Assembly: GCA_017538365.1 (NCBI GenBank)
Contig: JAFYIZ010000026.1
Coordinates: 2,716 to 66,715 of the forward strand
Source: a bacterium
GTDB lineage: Bacteria > UBP6 > UBA1177
Reading direction: 5' to 3'
Length of the DNA: 64,000 bases
The notes below the pieces were generated by a model. The model did no database searches. It was not told the origin of the DNA and saw only the letters and a program-made list of their open reading frames with translations. This document shows positions 38,780 to 48,600 of this stretch, piece by piece; positions within the stretch are counted from its first letter, which is position 1; the number at the start of each line of letters is the position of its first letter. The position numbers and the translations under genes are program-made.

Positions 38780-41700
38780 TTACATAGACGTCGGCAGGCA
38801 TTCTTTTAAATCATCGGACCATTCGAACTCGCCGTCGCAGCTGCACTCATATTCCGATGCTGATTTAGGCAAGCATTCTCCGGTAGAATGTACCGACAGA
38901 TCGGCACACGGTTCATCTGCACACGGATTTACACATTTATGCTCTGCTGCTGTCCAGAATAAGCCTTCATCTTCATCGCAGCTGCAGTTGTATTCTTCTG
39001 CCGACATTGCAGAGCATTGTCCGGTAGAATGTACCGATTCTGCAGCACACGGATCACCTTCGCACGGATTCAGGCATGCCGAACCGTTCCAGAGGTAATC
39101 GGGAGCACAGCCGCACTCATACGTCGTTTCCGATACAGGTTTGCAGAGTCCCGTGGAATGCAGAACCGAGCCGCACGGATCAGTCGAACAGATGCTTGCG
39201 CAAATTGAACCGTTCCACTCGTAAAAATCAGGACAAATGCACTCGTAAGTTCTTGCGCTGTCATTCTCGACGACATTGCAGCGCGCAAGTCCGTTACAAG
39301 GATCGTCTGCACACGGGTTGGAACCGTCGGAAACACAGCGGACTCTGTTCGCATAAGTCACATCTATTGGATAAACATCTATTTCTGCAAAATAAAAGCG
39401 GTAGAGTTCATCGTCGTAGTCGACAGCCCACAGATAGTCGATATCGCCGAAAAGCGAATATTTTCCTGTAACATCAATAGGACACGGAGCTTCCTCTTCA
39501 GTGCAGTTTCTGACAATTGTTGAAACTTCATCGAATGTAGGCATTCTCCACCAGTGGTCAGGATCACCTTTGGAAAGTTCATAGCAGTATTCCTTTGCTT
39601 CCTGCAGTTTCAGGTAGTCAAAAGAAATATCGGACCATGTAATTCCTGTTTCCGGATCGGTATAAGGAGTCATTTCATAAGGAAGGCTTTCGTCGAGAAC
39701 GCATCTCTGGAAAAGCATTGAAACGGGAAGCTCTGAAGGCAACCCCAGGCTGCCGTATTCCGTGCTCAAAGCCCATAATCCATAACCATAATAATTATTA
39801 CTGTCATTAGCATTGAATGTAGCAGAAATCATAGCTCCGTAATCGTAGAAAAGAGTTTGTGACGGTTCGTCGCCGGAACATGGTCCTTCACTTTCACATG
39901 AACTCTGGAAACATTCATCCGTTATCCCGCAGGAGCCGTCTTTTTTGAGTCTTTCACTTGTAACTATCGAACGGATTTCATCTATAGTCGGAAGTCTCCA
40001 TTTGTTAGAACCCTTTTCTCTCAGGTCGCGGCACATTGAGGCAACATCTTCTGAATAAATCATCCTGCTGTCGCCATAGCCGTAATAGCCGTAGCCCTCA
40101 TAGAGATACGATTTGTTGAAACCCACAAAAATTTCGGGGTATATTACTGAAGACCAGATCGTTTCGTCTGCAGCCTGGCATGGTGCCACTCCGCTTTCAT
40201 TGCAAGCAGGGAAATCGGTTTTTTCATCAAGTTTGGATCTGACGCAACGGACGGAAATAGGCAGTTCGCTGTGTCTCATGATGTAAAATCCTCCGGCGGT
40301 CTTGCCGTTGAAGGTGTAAGCAGTTCCGTCGGTCATATCGACAACCCACTTGTATTCACCGGCACTGGTCGAACTCCAGAAAACATCGGCTTTCATGCCC
40401 GGGAATGAAGAAACGACATCCGATCCCAGCTTTGAATGGTCGATAAGCGTTACAAGTTCGTTTTTGTTGGGAAGTCTCCAGTCGCTGAAACCGGCATACT
40501 CAAGGTTTTCGCAGTAGTTAAGAGCATCTTTCAATGTTTCAGCCTTGCCGGAATCTTTCTGCCAGTACAGGTTGGTAGATGAATCAAAGACCATTTTATC
40601 GCCGCTTCTGGTGATTGAAGCGTAGTTGTCTGCATTTACTTTTCCGTATTCTTCACCGCTGACGCATATAAGAATGCCGTCGGAAAAAACGCTCTGGTAA
40701 CTTTCATAAGCTTTCGGAGGAATCGTCATGCCGTATTCCAGCGCATACATGTAGTTTTCGATTGAACTCCAGAGATAAATGCCGTATTTATCGCTGTAGG
40801 AAGAACTGTTGAATCCGTCATCGATGACCTTTTTGAAAAGGATCGGATCAGCCGGAACACCGCGGACAAGCCTGTCGTTCCATGCAAGAGTCATAAGTTC
40901 CTTAGGTGTCGGAAATCTCCAGTCTTCCTTGCCGCCGTAAGAGATGTCGCAGCCTTTTTTAACTCCTTCATAAGTTCCCTTTACGCCGAGATAAAGCCAT
41001 GTAAGACCGGTGTTGTCATCCTTTATTTCGACGAAATCGTTTTCAAGCACTTCAGGTTTTACGACTTCTTTCATCTTATGATTCGGAACGCACGATCCTC
41101 TTACCGCATACTGTGCATCCTGACCGTAGAAATCATTTTCCTCTTCAGGGCACAGAATCTGGGAACCTTCATCGTCAGTACAGATCGTCATGCCGGTGCA
41201 GAGAACTTTGGAATACAAAAGTTCAGGTTCAGGTTCCGGAATAACCGTGTCTGTGTCACCGTCGTCAGGTTCAGTTGTGTCGGTATCGCCGTCGTCAACG
41301 GGCTCGTCGTCATCTTCTTCGGCAACGGGCTCATCGTCATCTTCTTCGGCAACGGGCTCGTCGTCATCTTCTTCGGCAACGGGCTCATCGTCATCTTCTT
41401 CAGCAACAGGCTCGTCATCATCTTCTTCGGCAACAGGCTCGTCGTCTTCAGGTTCTTCTTCAACATCAATAAGGAAAAATGCATAAGCGGTAAAATGACC
41501 TGTCGTCATCATGATCGGATCGCCCGCACCGGCTTTCATAATCGGATCGCCCGCTGCAGTTACCATAATCGGGTCACCTGCCGCACTCAGCCTTGCGCCA
41601 TTACTCTTCATGATCGGATCACCGGCAGCATTCAGCATTATCGGGTCACCCGCAGCAGTTGTCATAATCGGATCGCCTCCAGGGGTTTTTCCATCAATTT

Positions 41701-42166
41701 TAACCGCAGCACCTGTCGGGCTGTAGCTCCACTCACCTTTCGTTTCCCTGTAAACCGCTGCTGTAACCGCTGTTTTCTTAGCTTTTCTGAGTGAGTCTTC
41801 ACCGCTTCCGAGACTTATCATCGAAATCAAAACCGGCTTTTGGAAAATTATGCCGGACGGCTCGAATTCTACTATTTTACTGATGACGGTTTCGCCTTCA
41901 GTGCCCGGATAATTCTTGGCTTCGTAAACTTTCATCGTGATAGTTGTGGCGGTGTCAAGAGCTTCTCCGGGAATTTCTATCGAAACACTTCCGTCGGAAC
42001 TTTCGATTTTACCGCCCTCTTCGGCTGGAATTTCCTGGGAGACCTCTTCTTCAAGCACCGGTCCGGTACTGTTGTTCTCGTTGTTTTCTTTTTTCTTCTT
42101 GCCGCCGCAGGATGCAACCGCAAAAATCAAAACAAAAACAAAAATAAGGCTAAAAACCCGTTTCAT
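38780..42166 (-). CDS. giant paralogous surface lipoprotein B: ZU5-like/GDPIM, acidic repeat linker, 4 DUF1566 domains, 4 C-terminal EGF-like modules
   Basis: MKRVFSLIFVFVLIFAVASC. 6 GDPIM repeats, then TTGHFTAYAF and (EEDDDEPVA)x5. Signatures EDWRFPTPKEL, SDWRLPNKNEL, NKWRLPTIDEI, HWWRMPTFDEV. C-terminal NPC..DPC....STG.C.....Y.C.C modules. Confidence 0.9.
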   Translation of the reverse strand: MKRVFSLIFVFVLIFAVASCGGKKKKENNENNSTGPVLEEEVSQEIPAEEGGKIESSDGSVSIEIPGEALDTATTITMKVYEAKNYPGTEGETVISKIVEFEPSGIIFQKPVLISMISLGSGEDSLRKAKKTAVTAAVYRETKGEWSYSPTGAAVKIDGKTPGGDPIMTTAAGDPIMLNAAGDPIMKSNGARLSAAGDPIMVTAAGDPIMKAGAGDPIMMTTGHFTAYAFFLIDVEEEPEDDEPVAEEDDDEPVAEEDDDEPVAEEDDDEPVAEEDDDEPVAEEDDDEPVDDGDTDTTEPDDGDTDTVIPEPEPELLYSKVLCTGMTICTDDEGSQILCPEEENDFYGQDAQYAVRGSCVPNHKMKEVVKPEVLENDFVEIKDDNTGLTWLYLGVKGTYEGVKKGCDISYGGKEDWRFPTPKELMTLAWNDRLVRGVPADPILFKKVIDDGFNSSSYSDKYGIYLWSSIENYMYALEYGMTIPPKAYESYQSVFSDGILICVSGEEYGKVNADNYASITRSGDKMVFDSSTNLYWQKDSGKAETLKDALNYCENLEYAGFSDWRLPNKNELVTLIDHSKLGSDVVSSFPGMKADVFWSSTSAGEYKWVVDMTDGTAYTFNGKTAGGFYIMRHSELPISVRCVRSKLDEKTDFPACNESGVAPCQAADETIWSSVIYPEIFVGFNKSYLYEGYGYYGYGDSRMIYSEDVASMCRDLREKGSNKWRLPTIDEIRSIVTSERLKKDGSCGITDECFQSSCESEGPCSGDEPSQTLFYDYGAMISATFNANDSNNYYGYGLWALSTEYGSLGLPSELPVSMLFQRCVLDESLPYEMTPYTDPETGITWSDISFDYLKLQEAKEYCYELSKGDPDHWWRMPTFDEVSTIVRNCTEEEAPCPIDVTGKYSLFGDIDYLWAVDYDDELYRFYFAEIDVYPIDVTYANRVRCVSDGSNPCADDPCNGLARCNVVENDSARTYECICPDFYEWNGSICASICSTDPCGSVLHSTGLCKPVSETTYECGCAPDYLWNGSACLNPCEGDPCAAESVHSTGQCSAMSAEEYNCSCDEDEGLFWTAAEHKCVNPCADEPCADLSVHSTGECLPKSASEYECSCDGEFEWSDDLKECLPTSM
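41296..41452 (-). repeat. near-perfect 27-bp tandem repeat (about 5.8 copies) encoding EEDDDEPVA
   Basis: caacgggctcgtcgtcatcttcttcgg is iterated with only g/a and c/t wobble differences. Confidence 0.9.
41507..41685 (-). repeat. 27-bp GDPIM repeats, 6 copies (one spacing interrupted)
   Basis: PGGDPIMTTAAGDPIMLNAAGDPIMKSNGARLSAAGDPIMVTAAGDPIMKAGAGDPIMM. Confidence 0.9.
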
Positions 42167-42317
42167 GCGCTCCTCCTATTTAAAAAACTGGAATAACCGC
42201 GACAATTATTAAAAATTTAAACAAAAAGGCAAGGAATTATTTCTGCTTTTTTAAGTTTTCTGAAATAAAAATATTTACGGATTATTTAAGACAAAATCTG
42301 CGGAAAAATGAAGATTT

Positions 42318-45300
42318 TTAGTTCGCGTCATCAGGCGCCACAACTACGCAGCGGACACGACTGTATTCATAAGAGTCCATCCTGCCCTCTACGAAATCAA
42401 ACACATAATTGTCTTGCGCCTTAAGAGAGAACATATCGCCGAAAAATGAGTAACCGCCGAAAGTGTACTGACTGCATCTGCCGCTGGTAGCTCCCGTCAA
42501 AAAGTCGTTTTTGTTGCTGCATACCCTTTTGTTGATAATAGAAGCCAGCTCTGATGTTGTCGGAAGTTGCCACTGTGTTTCTCCGCCGTAACCCTCTTCA
42601 TTGAGTCCGTTACAGTATGCGGCAGCATCATTCGAATAATAATATGATTCATCCGATACTTTTGACCAGATGAGATCAGGCAGCGTATACGGGAAATCCA
42701 ATTCTTCATCAAATTCCGGAACATTCTCGGAATCTGAAAGACTTCTTACGCAGCGGGCTCTGGCAAAATTTTCATCGTAAAAGGAGTGACTATCCTCTGA
42801 AGCAGTCATAAACTTAAACAAATTTACATAGTCAGAATCACCGGAAGATATATCAGAAGACCAGAGATTGCCGAGATCTCCTAAAACGGAATATTCACCG
42901 GTTGTATTAGGAACACAATCACCATTGGGGCAGTTTGTAACAAGAGTCCGAAGCTCGTCCATAGTCGGAACTCTCCAGTTGTTCGAACCGCCTTCGACAA
43001 GGTCAGTACAGTATTTCGCGGCATCATACCAGTACGGGAGATATTTTTTCGAAAGCGACGACCAGACAAGTCCGTTTTCCGAATCGGTATACGGGAATTC
43101 AGCCGGACTCGGTAAGGAAGCATCCTTTATACATCTTGACTGGCTGGAACCATAACCATCATGATAGTTTACAGTACGCTTTACAGAATCATTCTTCATA
43201 TTTACGAACCAAACAGCATCATGACTATCTGTATTGGTAAAAGTTCCTGAGAAATAAATTCCGCTATCAAAAAGGCTCGACATAACCTTTTCTCTGCCTA
43301 CTTCCGGCGAGCACACTGCTTCATTGAAGCACTCTTCACTTGCGTAATCGAAACATGCGTTCGTAACAAGGCATTCTCCATTGGTTTTGAGAATGTCGTC
43401 TGCCGGGAAAAGCGTGCGGAGTTCATCGATTGTAGGAATTCTCCATTGCGTTATGCCGCCTTCATTGGATTCACGGCACTGAATTGCCTTTTTCTCCCAT
43501 GTCATCGGGACCATAGGATTACTATTGAAGCTATAGCGGTAATCTACGTCCGCCGAAGACCATACATAACCGGTAGAAGCATCTTCGCAGGGCCCGATTC
43601 TCGATGCGTCACATATTGGAATCGTTCTTCCGGCTGCCAGCGGCTGAGTATCGCTTCTTACGCAGCGGACAGACAAATCTTCTCCAAAATAATAAGAGTC
43701 ATATTCTCCAACCCTGCCGCTTGCCATATTGACTGCGACCGGACCGGCTGCATTGCCGTAAGAAACCTGGGAAGTCGAAGTGAGCAGGGTCTCCGAAGTC
43801 ATTCCCGGGAACAATGATGCCGGATCAGCTTGTGAATAGTCGACAAGTGTAATAAGTTCGTTTTTGTTGGGAAGTCGCCAGTCGGAATACCCCGCATACT
43901 CAAGGTTCTGGCAGTAAGCAAGTGCATCTTTCCAATTTTTGACAGGTTTGGAATTCTTCTGCCAAAGGAGATTGGTCGATGAATCGAAAACCACTACATG
44001 ACCGTTTATCGTCCTGGAATCATAATTCTCGGCATTGACTTTGCCGTATTCTTCACCGCTTACACACATAACACCGTTAAGGGCGCCTCCGGTTGGAGTA
44101 GAAGTATTAGTCATAAGAGAAGCGTAATCCGAATTGTAGACCCAGAAATCATTTTCGTTGTCTGAAGACTGATTGTGTTCAGCAGCCCAATAAGACCAAT
44201 TTCCCCAATTACGGAAATAGTAATCATTGGCAGCCGAAGCAAATTTGTCATGGTCGGAAATACTCAAAAGTTCTTTGACCGTAGGAAGACGCCATTCGTG
44301 TCCGCCGTAAGTATAAGTAAGAGCCGCACAATTGCTCTCAGCCGCAGAATGGCTGGCACTGTCATCAAATACGATCCATTTCAAGCCGGTGTTTTCGTCA
44401 AGCACGAACTCGTAAGTTTCACCTGTTTCTCCGTCTCTGAGGACTCCGTTTCTAATGTTTGCGTTATTGCTTCCGCCGCGCAGAATATTTCTCAAACCGG
44501 TTCCTTCGCCCTCTTCAGGGTCTTCTTCCACTGCAACCGGTTCCGTTTGTATGCTGTATTTATGCGGAATACACGATTTGGTTGCAACGAACTGTGAATC
44601 CTGACCGTAAAAATCTTCTCCCTCGGCAGGACAGTCGATAGTCATTTCTCCGTCGCTGCACTTCGTCAAACCTGTGCAGAGAACTTTGGAAAGAACAGGA
44701 ACAGGCGGTTCCGGAACAACGATGTCTTCGTCAACATCGGGAGTTTCGTCTTCATCAACATCAGGAATTTCGTCTTCGTCAACTACAGGTTCGTCATCGT
44801 CTTCGACAACAGGATCGTCGTCATCTTCGACAACAGGTTCGTCATCATCGTCTTCGATAACAGGTTCGTCATCATCGTCTTCGACAACAGGTTCTTCGTC
44901 TTTATCGGTAACTTCTTCATCTTTTTCGGGCTCTTCCGGCTCTTTCTCGGGTTCTTTCGGATCAATCGTAATGAATGTATAAGCCGTGAAGTGACCTGTC
45001 GCCATCATGATCGGATCTCCTGCTGCCGCATTCATGATCGGATCTCCTGCTGCAGAATTCATTATCGGATCTCCTGCCGAAGCCATCATGATCGGGTCTC
45101 CCGCCGCAGAGTTCATGATCGGGTCTCCTGCTCCTGTCGTAAGATTTCCGTCACTCAGCATGATCGGATCTCCTGCTGCAGTCGTCATTATCGGATCACC
45201 CGCCGCATCTCTGCCCATGACTCCGTAAGCGCCGTGCTCGCTGTAGCTCAGCCTGCCCTCTTTTTCATAGAAAACAGCAGCCGAAACTATCTTGTTTTCA

Positions 45301-45653
45301 AACGCTTCGGTCGCAGTCATCGAAATTATGACAGGTTTTTTGAAAACCGTGCCGCTCGGCTCGAATTCGACAACTTTACTGACAACTTTCATTCCTCCGA
45401 TTTTATCCGGGATTGCGGCATAACCCGATACATCGTAGATCGTCATCGTAATCTTTGTGTCTGAATCAAGGGCATCTGCGGGAATTTCGATAGAAGTCTT
45501 TCCGTCGGAACTCTCAACCTTGCCGCCCTCTTCGGCTTTGATCTCTTTCGATACCTGCTCTTCATACACAGGGTTTTCCTTCTTACTGCCGCCGCAGGAA
45601 GCGACTGAAAGCATCAATACAAAAACAAAAATCAAACTGAAAAAACGTTTCAT
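42318..45653 (-). CDS. giant paralogous surface lipoprotein C: ZU5-like/GDPIM, acidic linker, 5 DUF1566 domains
   Basis: ATG at 45653 (MKRFFSLIFVFVLMLSVASC) is preceded by AGGAGG. The longer ORF start at 45698 would overlap the upstream gene. 7 GDPIM repeats, then ATGHFTAYTF. Signatures HEWRLPTVKEL, SDWRLPNKNEL, TQWRIPTIDEL, NNWRVPTMDEL, TQWQLPTTSEL. Confidence 0.9.
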   Translation of the reverse strand: MKRFFSLIFVFVLMLSVASCGGSKKENPVYEEQVSKEIKAEEGGKVESSDGKTSIEIPADALDSDTKITMTIYDVSGYAAIPDKIGGMKVVSKVVEFEPSGTVFKKPVIISMTATEAFENKIVSAAVFYEKEGRLSYSEHGAYGVMGRDAAGDPIMTTAAGDPIMLSDGNLTTGAGDPIMNSAAGDPIMMASAGDPIMNSAAGDPIMNAAAGDPIMMATGHFTAYTFITIDPKEPEKEPEEPEKDEEVTDKDEEPVVEDDDDEPVIEDDDDEPVVEDDDDPVVEDDDEPVVDEDEIPDVDEDETPDVDEDIVVPEPPVPVLSKVLCTGLTKCSDGEMTIDCPAEGEDFYGQDSQFVATKSCIPHKYSIQTEPVAVEEDPEEGEGTGLRNILRGGSNNANIRNGVLRDGETGETYEFVLDENTGLKWIVFDDSASHSAAESNCAALTYTYGGHEWRLPTVKELLSISDHDKFASAANDYYFRNWGNWSYWAAEHNQSSDNENDFWVYNSDYASLMTNTSTPTGGALNGVMCVSGEEYGKVNAENYDSRTINGHVVVFDSSTNLLWQKNSKPVKNWKDALAYCQNLEYAGYSDWRLPNKNELITLVDYSQADPASLFPGMTSETLLTSTSQVSYGNAAGPVAVNMASGRVGEYDSYYFGEDLSVRCVRSDTQPLAAGRTIPICDASRIGPCEDASTGYVWSSADVDYRYSFNSNPMVPMTWEKKAIQCRESNEGGITQWRIPTIDELRTLFPADDILKTNGECLVTNACFDYASEECFNEAVCSPEVGREKVMSSLFDSGIYFSGTFTNTDSHDAVWFVNMKNDSVKRTVNYHDGYGSSQSRCIKDASLPSPAEFPYTDSENGLVWSSLSKKYLPYWYDAAKYCTDLVEGGSNNWRVPTMDELRTLVTNCPNGDCVPNTTGEYSVLGDLGNLWSSDISSGDSDYVNLFKFMTASEDSHSFYDENFARARCVRSLSDSENVPEFDEELDFPYTLPDLIWSKVSDESYYYSNDAAAYCNGLNEEGYGGETQWQLPTTSELASIINKRVCSNKNDFLTGATSGRCSQYTFGGYSFFGDMFSLKAQDNYVFDFVEGRMDSYEYSRVRCVVVAPDDAN
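45003..45209 (-). repeat. 27-bp GDPIM repeats, 7 copies
   Basis: DAAGDPIMTTAAGDPIMLSDGNLTTGAGDPIMNSAAGDPIMMASAGDPIMNSAAGDPIMNAAAGDPIMM. Confidence 0.9.
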
Positions 45654-45679
45654 AAACAACCTCCTAAAACCGAAAAATA

Positions 45680-48600
45680 TTACTCTTGAATAACACACTC
45701 TTCACCATCCCAAAGGGCATTAGCTGTGCAGCCGCAGCTGTAAACACCGGCTTCGCTCGTGCATGTTCCGTCGGAATTTTCAATTTCCAGACAGGGATTA
45801 TCCTCACACGCATTCGGATAGGAAACGCAGCGGACGTATTTCTTTCTGTCTCCGTAGAATGATCCGTCTTCATATCCGGCAACCAGAACCTGACCGGTAG
45901 TAAAATCGGCATAGAAATGGTAACCGGTTCTTCCGAGGTATGTGGAAGCAAAAATTCCGAGATCGCCGAATACCGGGAAATGACCTTCAAAAGCAGGATT
46001 GTCACAACCGCCCAAAGCGACACTGACACCCGGATTTCCCTGATTGTTGTTTGTAGGTCTTATAAATGTCGAACGTCCTTCTTCACAATCGAGAATACTT
46101 GCAAATTCCGCAAGGTCTGGGACTCTCCACTCGGTCAATCCTTCGTATCCGGCTCCGTTATTCATTGCATTCAGACTCTCGCAGTATGCTACAGCGTCTG
46201 AATGATTTGTGAGAGGTCCTGATTTTTCAGACCATAAAAGATTCGAATCCTCATCGTAATACGGAGCATCAATGATCGGATCAGTCTCGGGATCATCCGT
46301 TGATCTGACGCAGCGGACTTTAGCATCGGAATAAGAATTTATATTCTCGGTAATACCTTCCTGATAACCCGTCATAAAATCCAGGACATTCAAAGACAGG
46401 GCAGTTTCAACTGATATTGTTGAAGACCAGAGTGCGGCAAGTTCCGCGAAAACTGAATAGTTGCCGGTCAGATTGGGTTCACAATCGTCTCCGTCACAGC
46501 TCTTGACGAGAGTCTCGACTTCTTCCAATGCCGGAACTCTCCAGTTGTCCGAATTGCCTTCGACAAGATCTCTGCAGTATTCAGCCGCCTCCATCCATGT
46601 CATATCGCCTTTTGAACGCGAAGACCAGATAAGTTCGTTTTCCGGATCGGTGTACGGGAATGTAATATCCGGAAGAGATTCATCTTTTACGCAGCGGACA
46701 GTTATCATCGGATACAAATCATCGTTACGTGCGTAAGAGACGATCGAACCGGTGAAGAAATCAACACCCCATGCATGGTTTTCATCGTCGATCATCGTTG
46801 ATGAGACCATATATGTGTCATTGTAGAAAATAGATTCTATCGGAGCACCCGTCCTGCATTCTTCATCAACGTAACATGCCCCGGCATTACATGTGTCGGC
46901 AACATCGCAGTCTCCGCCTGTTGTGAGAGCATCACTCTTGAGTATCGTGCGGATCTCGCTGATTGTCGGAAGCCTCCACTGAGAAATACCGCCGTTATTT
47001 GATTCTCGGCACATTCCGGCAGCCATGACATAGTCGGGATCGTAACTCCCAGTGTTAATATTCTGCGACCAGACAATACCTGTTTCGGGGTCTTCGCACG
47101 GCGTATAGCCGCTTTCGTCGCAAACAGGAACCGCCTGATATTCGGCGAGATCATCATTCCTGACGCAGAGAGTATACGCAGTTGTAACATTTCCTTGAGT
47201 GTCACCGACACTGAACAGCGTTCCGCCGCCGACATCAATGATGAAAGGACCTTCAGATCCGCCGTAAGTCTGAGCAAATGTCGAAGTCCAGTAATTTCCT
47301 CCGATGATATTCTGGAAGTCACTCTTGTTGTCACCAAAACCTTTACCTGTATAGTTAAGAACAGTCGCAAATTCGTTTCTGTTCGGAAGTCTCCAGTCGG
47401 AATATCCTGCATACTCAAGGTTTTCGCAGTAAGCGAGAGCCTGAGACCAGCTCATGTTGAGATTGTCCGCAGCAGCTTTCCACATAAGGTCAGTCGCGGA
47501 ATCCGTAACAACGGTGCCTCCGGAAATATTTTTCAAAGTAAATGTGCCTGAAACACCGTATTCTTCTCCGCTTACACAAGCAAAAGAAGCTGAACCATCT
47601 TCTTTACTCTCATATTGCATGTGACCGTAACCGATATCCATAACCAGGACTGCATCGTCTCCTGTTTTCTGATTCTGGTAATATGTGCCTGACCAGTATA
47701 TAGTAGGCGAAGCAAAATCCCATCCGAAGTATGCCATGCGGAGAGCCGGATAGCTTGTTCCGCTGTCAATAATGCTCATAAGCTCTTTCGCGGTCGGAAG
47801 TCTCCATTCGCGACCGTCACCTGTGTCAAGCGTGTCGCAGAATGTATATGCATTTTCCCATGTTCCGCCGTTTGAATAGAGATACCATCTCAAACCTGTA
47901 GAGAGATCGTCGACTATATTGCAAGTGTCATTATCCTGAATGCAGTTTCTTCCCTCAGATATTTTTTCGTAAGTCTGCGGAGTGCAGGACTGTCTTGCAG
48001 TGTAGCTTGCATCCTGACCGTAGAATTCCTCGCCTTCAGCCGGACAGTCTATGACGTCTCCTTCAGCGCCAAAGCACCATGTCTGACCTGTGCAGAGGAC
48101 TTTTGCGACAGGTACGCTGCATTTCACAGTATTTTCGTTCCATTCATATCCTTCAACACACTGGTATGCGCAGTCGCCTTCCTCAGCATAGTGAGCCGTA
48201 TAGTACGGATATCCCTTGCCGTTCCAGGTCGGGATGTATGTGTCTCCGTTTACCCATGCAGCATTTTCGGGAAGCTCGCCGCAGGATTCAGCCGGCTTTG
48301 TATCGGACTGACAGCTTTCTTCTTCGTAGTGGTAGTCGGTGGAACACTCGTAAGTACATTCCTCTCCCTCATCCTCGAAATATGTTGCCGCAGGTTCGGT
48401 TGACCATGCTTCATCGATCCAGTGAGGTGTGTAGGTCGAAGCTACCCATTCTGCGTTATCCGGAAGGTTCGCGCACTCCTGCTCTTCACCGGTATTTGAT
48501 TTGCAGACGCTGTCTTCGACGTGCTGAGCATCCGTGCATGCACAGGTTCCGTTAGTCGCAAACCATGTGAAAGTCGGTTTACACTGATAAGCGCAATCAC

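Noticed and set aside
45654-45698. Longer start (45698) for paralog C, adding MCYSRVIFFGFRRLF
   Set aside because: It would overlap the stop of paralog D. The ATG at 45653 has a perfect AGGAGG and reproduces the MKRFFSLIFVFVL signal peptide seen in the paralogs.
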